64,000 nt of DNA from Nitrospira sp. (lineage in GTDB: Bacteria > Nitrospirota > Nitrospiria > Nitrospirales > Nitrospiraceae), in contig AP038806.1 in NCBI GenBank assembly GCA_047150005.1, positions 3,904,001-3,968,000 on the forward strand, written 5' to 3'. Under the pieces are notes generated by a model, which saw only the letters and a program-made list of their open reading frames with translations, did no database searches and had not been told where the DNA came from. Every line of letters starts with the position of its first letter. Positions within the stretch are counted from its first letter, which is position 1. The translations under genes were made by a program, and so were the position numbers. Below are positions 45,582 through 54,315 of this stretch, in pieces.

Positions 45582-46263
45582 GCTCTGCTCCTCCTGAATT
45601 CGCCGGTCTGAGCCCGGACCTCCCGAATCGCCTCCCCAATTCCATCAAAATCTCCTGCAGCGGAATGTCGTGATATCCGAGAACCATCAACGTGTGAAAG
45701 AACAGATCCGCCGTCTCGTAAATGATCTCATCCTTCTTGCCCCCTTTGGCCGCAATGAGCACCTCGCCGGCTTCCTCCGCAACTTTCTTCAGAATCTTGT
45801 CGTGCCCCCCTTCAAACAGCTTCGTCGTGTAGGACCCGGCTTGCGGGTCTGTCCGACGCTCCCTGATTGTCCGCAACACCGCATCCAGAATCCCGCCGGC
45901 AGCCGCCGAGGTCCTCTCCTCTTGAGGCCGTCCTTGGGCATCGAGTCTGGAAAAGAAGCACGCGCGTTCGCCCGTGTGACACGTGGGCCCGACCTGTTCG
46001 GCCTTGACCAAAATCGTATCCCGGTCGCAGTCGATGAACAGATCTTTCACGATCAGCTTATGCCCGGACGTTTCGCCCTTCTCCCACAGCGACCGTCGGG
46101 AACGGCTCCAGAAATGAACCGATCTCGTCGCGATCGTCTTCCCGATGGCCTCCTGATTCATATACCCCAACATGAGCACCGTTCCGTCCAGCCAGTCCTG
46201 GATAACGGCCGGGAGCAAGCCCTGCTCATCGAACTTCAACCCCGTGGTCGAGGAGCGATCCAT
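45574..46263 (-). CDS. hisIE: Phosphoribosyl-AMP cyclohydrolase / phosphoribosyl-ATP pyrophosphatase
   Basis: WEKGETSG, DCDRD, CHTGERACF, SYT, KVAEEAGE, ETADLFFH. Confidence 0.95.
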   Translation of the reverse strand: MDRSSTTGLKFDEQGLLPAVIQDWLDGTVLMLGYMNQEAIGKTIATRSVHFWSRSRRSLWEKGETSGHKLIVKDLFIDCDRDTILVKAEQVGPTCHTGERACFFSRLDAQGRPQEERTSAAAGGILDAVLRTIRERRTDPQAGSYTTKLFEGGHDKILKKVAEEAGEVLIAAKGGKKDEIIYETADLFFHTLMVLGYHDIPLQEILMELGRRFGRSGLRPANSGGAEHG

Positions 46264-47048
46264 CACCGTCCGCCTTCCAACTCCTGGGCGATCCGCACGG
46301 GAACGCCGCGGCCTCGTAAGAACGCCTTGGCTTGCGGGATCGTGAACGTCCGGAAGTGAAAGATCGATGCGGCGAGCACCGCATCGGCCTTGCCTCTGAC
46401 GAAGCCCTCGTACAGGTGCTCCAATGTTCCGACGCCGCCGGACGCGATCACGGGAATCGACACCGTCTCCGAGACTCCCGCGGTCAATCCAAGATCATAT
46501 CCGCTTTGCCGCCCGTCCTGATCCATGCTGGTCAAGAGAATTTCTCCGGCACCGTAGTCTTCCATTTGCTTGGCCCATTCGACCGCGTCGAGCGCCGTGG
46601 CGTTTCGACCGCCGTGCGTGAAGACTCCCCAACGGGCGCCGTCGTCATGGCGTTTCGCATCGATCGCCACGACGATGCACTGCGTGCCGAACCGTTGTGC
46701 GGCCTCCTTCACAAATTCGGGTCGTTGCACCGCGGCCGTATTGATGCTGACCTTGTCCGCGCCCGCGTTCAACAACGCTCGGATATCCTCGATCGTCCGC
46801 ACGCCGCCTCCGACCGTCACCGGCATAAAGACCCGGGCGGCCGTGCGTTCCACGACATCGAGAATCGTCTTACGGTTCTCGTGGGACGCCGTGATATCGA
46901 GAAAACAGAGTTCATCGGCGCCTTCGCGATCGTAGGCGGTCGCGGCTTCAACCGGATCGCCGGCATCGCGAAGATCAACGAAACCGACGCCCTTGACGAC
47001 ACGCCCATCCTTGACGTCGAGGCAGGGAATGATGCGCTTGGTCAACAT
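46263..47048 (-). CDS. hisF: Imidazole glycerol phosphate synthase cyclase subunit
   Basis: [44 protein letters not shown]. Confidence 0.97.
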   Translation of the reverse strand: MLTKRIIPCLDVKDGRVVKGVGFVDLRDAGDPVEAATAYDREGADELCFLDITASHENRKTILDVVERTAARVFMPVTVGGGVRTIEDIRALLNAGADKVSINTAAVQRPEFVKEAAQRFGTQCIVVAIDAKRHDDGARWGVFTHGGRNATALDAVEWAKQMEDYGAGEILLTSMDQDGRQSGYDLGLTAGVSETVSIPVIASGGVGTLEHLYEGFVRGKADAVLAASIFHFRTFTIPQAKAFLRGRGVPVRIAQELEGGR

Positions 47049-47090
47049 GCCGCCCTGAATGTCCTCCCGAAACCCATCGCGCCGGACATG

Positions 47091-47831
47091 TCAGCATCGA
47101 TTTCCGCCGGTCTTCGCCGTGGCGGCGATTGCCGCACGGAGATCCAGCTTGCCATCGTAGAGGGCTTTCCCGACGATCGCGCCCTCAATGCGGGGACCCA
47201 GCGCTTGGACCGCCAGGAGATCCTCGAGTTTGGTGATACCGCCCGACGCAATAACCGGAAAGGAGGACCGGTCAACCACTTCCTGGAGCGCCCGGATATT
47301 GGGTCCGGCCAACATCCCGTCGCGGGCAATATCCGTATAGATCACGGCACCGATCTCGCAGCCCGACAGATCCTTGAGCACATCCGTGGCCAGACGATTG
47401 GAGACGGCCGTCCACCCCTTGATGGCCACCTTGCCGTCTCGCGCATCGAGTCCGAGAAGAATGCGCCGGGGAAATTCCTTGCAGGCCTGCTCAAGAAAGA
47501 CACGATCCGTGAGTGCCGCGGTGCCGAGCACCACGCGCGACACGCCGGCCGTCAGATATCGGCGCACGGTCTGAATGTTCCGGATGCCTCCGCCCACTTG
47601 CACCCTGACATCGACGTGCCGCATCACCAGTTCGATCTGCGGAAGATTTCTCGGCTCTCCATCGACCGCACCATTCAGATCCACAACGTGGATGACGGCG
47701 GCACCCTGTTCTTGCCACCGGCGGGCGACGGCAGGAATGTCTTCCGAGTAGACCGTCTCGGCCGCCATGTCGCCCTGCCGCAGACGGACACAGCGCCCGT
47801 CCTTCAAGTCAATGGCCGGAATGACGAGCAT
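47091..47831 (-). CDS. hisA: ProFAR isomerase
   Basis: IPAIDLKDGRCVRLRQG, HVVDLNGA, QVGGGIR, YTDIARDGM. Confidence 0.96.
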   Translation of the reverse strand: MLVIPAIDLKDGRCVRLRQGDMAAETVYSEDIPAVARRWQEQGAAVIHVVDLNGAVDGEPRNLPQIELVMRHVDVRVQVGGGIRNIQTVRRYLTAGVSRVVLGTAALTDRVFLEQACKEFPRRILLGLDARDGKVAIKGWTAVSNRLATDVLKDLSGCEIGAVIYTDIARDGMLAGPNIRALQEVVDRSSFPVIASGGITKLEDLLAVQALGPRIEGAIVGKALYDGKLDLRAAIAATAKTGGNRC

Positions 47832-47834
47832 GCC

Positions 47835-48584
47835 CTATTCCTCCGTCGAACCGAACGGAAAGACCTTCATGAGTTCCTCCACCCCATAACGTGAGAGATC
47901 ATCGACGGTCACAAAACCCCAACCATGATGGATGAAGCCGGAGAAATCCTCCGTCATCGGCTTTTGACGTTCGTAGTAGTTCCCCGTCCACAGCACATGT
48001 CCGTCCGTCGCAATCGCTTTGACCTCGAAGCCCACCGATGCCGGAGGATTCGCACCGAGCCGACTGCCGACCCGCTCCTGATACACGGACACCTGCCCCA
48101 ATAACGCGGCGTCCGCACCGACCTTCTTGGCCATATCAGCGGCGGCCTGTTCCGGGAGGGCCTCGGGCAGATCACCGGACTGGTGGGTCGACGTCTTGGG
48201 CGCGGAGCTGTGAGAGGGTGAGAGAACGGTCACTCCCTTCAAATGCCGCAATCTGACCCAAAACAACTGCGTCACCTTGTCGGCCGCATAGGCGGGCACC
48301 ACCACCGTTTGCCGCAATTGGGGTTCCACGTTTGACGGGACACCGACTGAAATGTCGGAGGCTCGAGCCCCTCGCGGCGTCGACATGTACTGATTGCCCT
48401 CATCCCGTATCTGGGGAGTGTGCAGCGTTCCGAACGGGAGGAGCACCAATGTGCGAATCTGATAGCGGGGCAGGCTGCTCGACTTCTGAGTCGTCACTTT
48501 GGCGCCGCTGCAGGCCGTCCCCGTCACGAGCGCCATCGCTGCAACAAGCGTCAGTCCCCATTGACGACTGCGGAGCCGCGTCAC
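47835..48584 (-). CDS. Putative lipoprotein inside the his operon
   Basis: Signal peptide ending LVTGTA-C-SG; start overlaps the hisH stop and stop lies 3 nt before hisA. Confidence 0.8.
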   Translation of the reverse strand: MTRLRSRQWGLTLVAAMALVTGTACSGAKVTTQKSSSLPRYQIRTLVLLPFGTLHTPQIRDEGNQYMSTPRGARASDISVGVPSNVEPQLRQTVVVPAYAADKVTQLFWVRLRHLKGVTVLSPSHSSAPKTSTHQSGDLPEALPEQAAADMAKKVGADAALLGQVSVYQERVGSRLGANPPASVGFEVKAIATDGHVLWTGNYYERQKPMTEDFSGFIHHGWGFVTVDDLSRYGVEELMKVFPFGSTEE

Positions 48585-49189
48585 GTCCAGACCCCGAAAT
48601 TCCTCATCAACCGCAATCCGACGGATTGGCTTTTCTCCGGGTGAAACTGACAGGCGACGACGTTGTCGCGCCAGATGCTCGAAGCAAAGGGAATCCCGTA
48701 CGTCGTCGTCGTGGCGACGATCGACGGATCCACTGGATCGACGAAATAGGAATGGACAAAATACCAGTCTGACCCGTCGTTAATTCCATCGAACACAGGA
48801 CACGCGGTCCGAAGATTGACCTGGTTCCATCCCATATGCGGGACCTTGACGGACGGACCGGCGGCAAACCGCCTTACCTTGCCGGGAATGATGCCGAGCC
48901 CCTCGTGCCGGCCGAACTCTTCACTCTCCGTAAACAGCAACTGCAGCCCGAGGCAAATCCCGAGAAAGGGCTTCCCGGACCGGACACTCTTTTGAATGGT
49001 CTGAACCAGGCCGTACCGCTCGAGGTTCGCCATACAATCACCGAATGCCCCGACACCCGGCAGAACGACCCGAGTGGCATCCTCGATCACCTTTGCGTCG
49101 CGCGTCACCACGGCCCGGTGTCCGACAGCCTCAAAGGCCTTTGAGACGCTGCGAAGATTACCCATGCCGTAGTCGATGATGGCGATCAC
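48581..49189 (-). CDS. hisH: Imidazole glycerol phosphate synthase glutaminase subunit
   Basis: IIDYGMGNLRSV, LPGVGAF, GICLGLQ, PHMGWN, YFVHSY, QFHPEKS. Confidence 0.96.
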   Translation of the reverse strand: MIAIIDYGMGNLRSVSKAFEAVGHRAVVTRDAKVIEDATRVVLPGVGAFGDCMANLERYGLVQTIQKSVRSGKPFLGICLGLQLLFTESEEFGRHEGLGIIPGKVRRFAAGPSVKVPHMGWNQVNLRTACPVFDGINDGSDWYFVHSYFVDPVDPSIVATTTTYGIPFASSIWRDNVVACQFHPEKSQSVGLRLMRNFGVWT

Positions 49190-49383
49190 GATCTCAGTCC
49201 CACGTCGGTCCCCATGGATGCAAAGGGCCTGTACCATACCGCAATCGTCCCGATCCTGCCACTCCCATGCCTCGTACCTTGGGGCCGCCCTCACCCGTCC
49301 TAAACCCAATCCCCAGGCTGACTTGCCCCATCATTGTATGGTACTGTCCCCCCTCATGTAAGGGATTGGGAACGACCATCATC

Positions 49384-50268
49384 ATGATCCGCGCAGCGAT
49401 TCTCGGCGCAGGCGGAATTGCGCTCCTACTGCTGGCCGCAGTGTGCATCCCTCGCCATCTTCCGCAAAGCCCCGCACCGCCGATGATTCCCGCCAGTTTT
49501 CACGCGAGAATCGAAAACGGGACGCTGACGCTTCGCGGCACGCTTCCCAACACCTCCAGCCTGGGAAGGATTCTCCAGGGCACGCACGCCCGTTACGACG
49601 CCGCCCATATTCAGATCGTCGACCAATTGACCGTGGACAGCAAGGTCTCGCCGGCCCGGTGGATCGATTCCTTGCCCGCGGTGCTTCCTGTGCTGCAACA
49701 GATGAACGGACGCGGCTCCATGATCATCGATGGCCGTTCTCTGGTCCTGAGTGGAACGGTCGCATCCGAACAGGCCAAGGCCAATGTGCTGCGGGCCATC
49801 GCCCCTATCACCGCAACCGGCCTCGAGCTGGAGGATCATATCCTGGCTTCCTCGTCGACACCTGCCGCCGCGACGCCGGCTCGACCGTCGCGAGCCTCGC
49901 TGCAATCGCGCCTGAACGCCGTGCTCTCCCGCAACCGGATCGAATTCGAATCCAATCAGGCCAGTCTGACCGCCACCGGACGGGCCACATTGGATCAACT
50001 TCTGCCCATCCTGCGCGACGCACCGCCGCAGACGGAAATCGAGATCGCGGGACATACCGACGGGTACGGCGCGCCGGATTACAATCTGACCCTCAGTCGC
50101 CGCCGGGCCGAAGCGGTCCGAGATTACTTTGTGAAACATGGACTGACCCAGCGCTTCATTCCCGTCGGATATGGCTCGACCAAACCCCAGTCCAGCGAGC
50201 GCACCCAAGCCGCGCTCAAGAAGAATAGAAGGATCGAACTGCAGGTGAAAGGGAGCGGTGACGCATGA
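49384..50268 (+). CDS. Membrane-anchored BON-like + OmpA_C (peptidoglycan-binding) protein
   Basis: N-terminal hydrophobic helix; two BON-like lobes (LTLRGTLP, LVLSGTV); OmpA motifs IAGHTD, LSRRRAEAV, GYG, NRRIE. Confidence 0.88.
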   Translation: MIRAAILGAGGIALLLLAAVCIPRHLPQSPAPPMIPASFHARIENGTLTLRGTLPNTSSLGRILQGTHARYDAAHIQIVDQLTVDSKVSPARWIDSLPAVLPVLQQMNGRGSMIIDGRSLVLSGTVASEQAKANVLRAIAPITATGLELEDHILASSSTPAAATPARPSRASLQSRLNAVLSRNRIEFESNQASLTATGRATLDQLLPILRDAPPQTEIEIAGHTDGYGAPDYNLTLSRRRAEAVRDYFVKHGLTQRFIPVGYGSTKPQSSERTQAALKKNRRIELQVKGSGDA

Positions 50269-51590
50269 TGACGCTCATCGGCCAGATCGCGGGATGCCTG
50301 ATTGTCGCGGCCGGAATCGGCGGCCTCGTCGGATGGTTCTTGCGACAACATTCCGTCCGCGCGCTCGATCAACACATCGACGATCTCATGACGGCATTTC
50401 AGGTGAAAGAACAGGCCTTGAGCGCGGCACAGCTGGAACTCAAATCCCGAACCTCGACCGTGCAAGGCTATGAAAGCAAACTCTCCTCGACCGAACTCCT
50501 GCTGCAAACAGCTCAAGAGGAAGCGACCACGCACGCCGAGCGGACCAAGCAGGTGCAAGCCGAGTTGTCCGCCGCAACCCAACGGATCGCCGTCCTGGAA
50601 TCGGACCTGTCCGCGTCGCTCCAGCGATCCACCGACAGCGACAAAGTGATCGCCGCATTCGAGCAGGAAGCACGTCAAGCCAACGCCGCTCGTACGGCCG
50701 CGCAGCAGGCGTTGAGTCTCAAGGACGACGAACTGTGCGAGTTGCAGGGCCGCGTGGCCGAGCTCGAAGGTCTCACGGCTGAGGCTGCTCAACTGCGATC
50801 CCACGTGGCGGAGATCGAACCGGCTCAGGGGCGCCTCCACTGGCTGGAGGTGCAGCTCAGTGAAAAGGAGAGTCACCTCCGAACGGCGCTCCACGCAACT
50901 GAGGAACAACGCGCCGCCGCGACCCAACGAGGAAGCGAACTGGACGCCTTGAAAAAGCAGATCGAGGAGCAGTTGCGACGCCTGCGGGAATGGGAGTCCA
51001 GACACGAAAAGACGCTGCGGCAACACGCGACAGATGCGAAGCTGATCGACACACATCGTGAGACGATCCAGGAGCTGCAATCGACGCTGGCGGAGCGGGA
51101 ACGGACCGCGGAGGCGCAATCCGAGCAGATCGCGGCACTTCAGCGCCAGTTCGATGAGCTGAGCTTGCTCTATACGACCCTGACGGAATCCCAGGCGAAG
51201 GGAAAGCAGGACGACACGGATCGGCCCGGCCCTCGCAAGCGCCAAGCCGAAATGCGTACCCCGCGAAAGGTCGAGGGAGCATCGGAAAACATCGGACGGC
51301 CAGCCCCCCCCGCCAAGACCGACCAACTCCATTTGGGGATTTCGTCCGGATCACAAGCCGCTGGGTCGCGCAAGGATGACTTGACGAAGATTCGCGGTAT
51401 CGATCCGGCCCTTGAAGAGGCTCTGAATAAACTGGGTACCCACAGCTTCATCCAGATCGCGAGATGGACGAGCACCGACATGTCTCGCGTCGCCAAGCAA
51501 TTGGCCACCCCATTGGACGAAATCAAACGGCGCAATTGGATTGCCGACGCCAAGAAACAGCACCGTGAGAAGTATGGAGAACCTCTCTGA
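50265..51590 (+). CDS. Membrane-anchored coiled-coil protein with C-terminal helix-hairpin-helix-like (COG3743-type) domain
   Basis: TM helix ending GGLVGW; long E/Q/A-rich heptad region; DDLTKIRGIDP..E..LNKLG..SF.QIA.W...W; ATGA overlap with the upstream gene. Confidence 0.82.
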   Translation: MMTLIGQIAGCLIVAAGIGGLVGWFLRQHSVRALDQHIDDLMTAFQVKEQALSAAQLELKSRTSTVQGYESKLSSTELLLQTAQEEATTHAERTKQVQAELSAATQRIAVLESDLSASLQRSTDSDKVIAAFEQEARQANAARTAAQQALSLKDDELCELQGRVAELEGLTAEAAQLRSHVAEIEPAQGRLHWLEVQLSEKESHLRTALHATEEQRAAATQRGSELDALKKQIEEQLRRLREWESRHEKTLRQHATDAKLIDTHRETIQELQSTLAERERTAEAQSEQIAALQRQFDELSLLYTTLTESQAKGKQDDTDRPGPRKRQAEMRTPRKVEGASENIGRPAPPAKTDQLHLGISSGSQAAGSRKDDLTKIRGIDPALEEALNKLGTHSFIQIARWTSTDMSRVAKQLATPLDEIKRRNWIADAKKQHREKYGEPL

Positions 51591-51658
51591 CCCGTTCCAT
51601 TCTCCGGCAAGCCACACTCTCCGAAATGCCCGTCAGCCTTTGAAAATTCATCAAAATC

Positions 51659-51697
51659 TAGGGAATTCCCTTACATTTGTAGGGGTAGACCGTCTAC
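51659..51697 (+). promoter_or_regulatory. Palindromic putative operator(s) upstream of the Ig-repeat array
   Basis: Perfect 12-bp palindrome AGGGAATTCCCT (51660-51671) and GTAGAC-c-GTCTAC; related sites at 54178-54263 and 58582-58606. Confidence 0.45.
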
Positions 51698-51759
51698 GAA
51701 GCTTCCCGTATCATGATGCCGATGTCATCTAGATTACGTTCTCATTGAGGAAGGTTTCG

Positions 51760-54096
51760 ATGTCAGGATTCCAAGCAATGTCCGGTATTCGATGGATCAC
51801 GTTTCTTTTTCTCGCTCTCATCTTCAGTTTGAATGGTTGCAACGACGTATCCACCGCGCCTGGGCCTCCACCGGGGCCGGCCGCCCTCGCGATTGAGTCT
51901 GGCTCCCCGCTGCCGAGTGGCAGCATTGGCATCCGCTATAGTGCGACCTTGGCAGCTTCTGGCGGGGACCCCGCCTATTCATGGAGTCTTGCCGGCGGGT
52001 CTCCTTCATTGCCCAATGGTCTCAGTCTGAGTCCCGCCGGCGTCATCAGTGGCACGCCGACGACGATCCAAACCGTCACACCGAAATTCCAGGTGGTGGA
52101 TTCTTCGAAACCGACCCAGCAAGTCGCCCAAAAATCGCTCACGATTTCGATCAATGCGGTCCCACAACCGACGATTACGTCGCCTGCGGTTCTCCCCAAC
52201 GGCATCGTAGGGCAAGCGTATCCCCTGACTCAATTGACGGCCTCGGGAGGAACTCCACCCTATACTGGCTGGTCGGTGAACCCTGCCTTGCCGAGTGGCC
52301 TTGTCTTCAATACTGCCACCGGAACGATCAGCGGGACTCCCACGGCCACGAGCAATCAATCCCACACATTCACCGTGACTGACTCTTTTTCACCGACTCC
52401 TCAGGATGGATCAAGACAGTACACGCTGACCATCAGCCCAGCTCCGCTGCCGTTGACGATCGTGACGAACTCACCGCTTTCGAACGGCACCGTAACAGTC
52501 GCGTACCCCCCTGTCCAACTTGCGGCCACAGGCGGTACGCCTCCGTTGACGTGGAGCGTGGTGAGTGGAAATTTGCCGCCCGGCCTTCAATTGAACCAGA
52601 ACACAGGGGCCATCACCGGAATCCCAACCACAGCGGGAACCTTTACGTCAACCATCCGGGTGCAGGATGTTGGGTCGCCGCAGCAATCAACTCAAAAACC
52701 ATTCTCCATTACTGTCAGCCTGCCCGGGCCGCCGAGTATCACCACGACGTCGCTTCCCAATGGGTCATTCAACAATGCGTACAATCAGACTTTACAGGTT
52801 ACCGGAGGGGTCTCACCTCGAACATGGGGAGTCATTTCAGGATCGCTTCCTCCCGGCCTCGGTCTCAATGCATCCACGGGGAATATCTCCGGCACGGCGA
52901 CGCAAACGGGTACGTTTAACTTTACGGTGCAGGTCACGGATGCTATACCGCAGTCCGATTCTCAACCGCTATCCATTACGATCACCCCACCGGCTCCTCC
53001 TCAAATCACCACGTCGTCGCTCCCGAACGGCACGGTCACTCAGGCCTATCCGGCAACCCAGCTGCAGGCCTCCGGTGGGACAGCGCCGTTGACCTGGGAC
53101 CCTGTGGTTCAGCCTGCCTTGCCGAACGGTCTCAGTTGGAATGCCGGTACGCATACCATCACCGGCACGCCCCTCAATGGAAGTCAGGGCACGGCTCAAC
53201 ATGTCTTCACAGTCAGAGATTCAACAAATCCCGTTCTTACGGCCACAAGGACGTTGTCACTGACGATCAACCTTCCGGCGCCACCGAATATCACCACCAC
53301 CTCCAATTCGCTGTTGCCAAATGGCACCGTGACCAAACCCTATAGCCGAACCCTCCAAGCCAGCGGCGGAACCGGACAATTGAAATGGACCATACAGTCT
53401 GGTTCGCTCCCGACTGGACTGGATCCCATCAACGAGTCGACGGGTGTGATTTCTGGCACGCCTTCAGCCCCTGGAACATTCAATTTTACTGCGAGGGCTA
53501 CGGACACTTTGAATCAGTTTGACGACCAACCTCTTTCGATTACGATCGTCCTCCCTCCACCGCCGACGATCACGACTTCATCGCTTCAGAATGGAACATT
53601 TGGTAGTGCTTACAACCAAACAGTACAGGCAGCTGGAGGAACTGGTGCCATCTCCTGGAGTCTCAGCGCCGGTTCCCTGCCAACCGGACTGAATCCTATC
53701 AATCCGTTGACGGGTCTGATCTCCGGCACACCAAACCAGGCAGGCCCGTTTAGCTTCACCGTTCGGGCAACTGACACCCTGAATCAGTTTGATGACCAGC
53801 CTCTTTCTATTACGATTGATCTTCCGGCCCCACCGCAAATCACCACAACCTCACTTCCTCCTGGAACGGCAGGGCAGTTCTATAGCCAGCAGGTCCAGGC
53901 GACAGGAGGATTCGGTAACCTGACGTGGGACATAAGTGCAGGAGCATTACCTCCCGGGTTAGACATTAATCCGAGCACAGGCGAAATTTCAGGAACTCCC
54001 ATCGGTTCAAGCTCCGACCCCCATCCCTTCACGGTGAAGGTCACAGACGCAGTACAATCTGTTACGAAGGATCTATCCATTACCATCAATCCGTGA
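51760..54096 (+). CDS. Lipoprotein with 8 tandem Ig-like (He_PIG-type) repeats (paralog 1)
   Basis: Lipobox LNG-C; ~90-aa repeats ITTxxLPxGxVxxxY...ASGG..P..W...LPxGL.L...TG.ISGTP...FTV.V.D. Confidence 0.88.
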   Translation: MSGFQAMSGIRWITFLFLALIFSLNGCNDVSTAPGPPPGPAALAIESGSPLPSGSIGIRYSATLAASGGDPAYSWSLAGGSPSLPNGLSLSPAGVISGTPTTIQTVTPKFQVVDSSKPTQQVAQKSLTISINAVPQPTITSPAVLPNGIVGQAYPLTQLTASGGTPPYTGWSVNPALPSGLVFNTATGTISGTPTATSNQSHTFTVTDSFSPTPQDGSRQYTLTISPAPLPLTIVTNSPLSNGTVTVAYPPVQLAATGGTPPLTWSVVSGNLPPGLQLNQNTGAITGIPTTAGTFTSTIRVQDVGSPQQSTQKPFSITVSLPGPPSITTTSLPNGSFNNAYNQTLQVTGGVSPRTWGVISGSLPPGLGLNASTGNISGTATQTGTFNFTVQVTDAIPQSDSQPLSITITPPAPPQITTSSLPNGTVTQAYPATQLQASGGTAPLTWDPVVQPALPNGLSWNAGTHTITGTPLNGSQGTAQHVFTVRDSTNPVLTATRTLSLTINLPAPPNITTTSNSLLPNGTVTKPYSRTLQASGGTGQLKWTIQSGSLPTGLDPINESTGVISGTPSAPGTFNFTARATDTLNQFDDQPLSITIVLPPPPTITTSSLQNGTFGSAYNQTVQAAGGTGAISWSLSAGSLPTGLNPINPLTGLISGTPNQAGPFSFTVRATDTLNQFDDQPLSITIDLPAPPQITTTSLPPGTAGQFYSQQVQATGGFGNLTWDISAGALPPGLDINPSTGEISGTPIGSSSDPHPFTVKVTDAVQSVTKDLSITINP

Positions 54097-54315
54097 CCGA
54101 GCATCGTTCACGTGGATCTGGTATCTCTCGCCACAATGATCAGCTCACCTGTATGGCTCGACCGTCTATTCAATGCCCCTAGGGTTTCTTCACCTGCTCC
54201 GTGCGATTCCCCACAACATTTCGGCCTAGGGATCTCTCTAGGTGCCCCCTAGGAATTTCCTTGCGTACTGTCACGTCCATCCTGCATATTTTCGTAAATC
54301 ATTGGGGCTGGGTTT

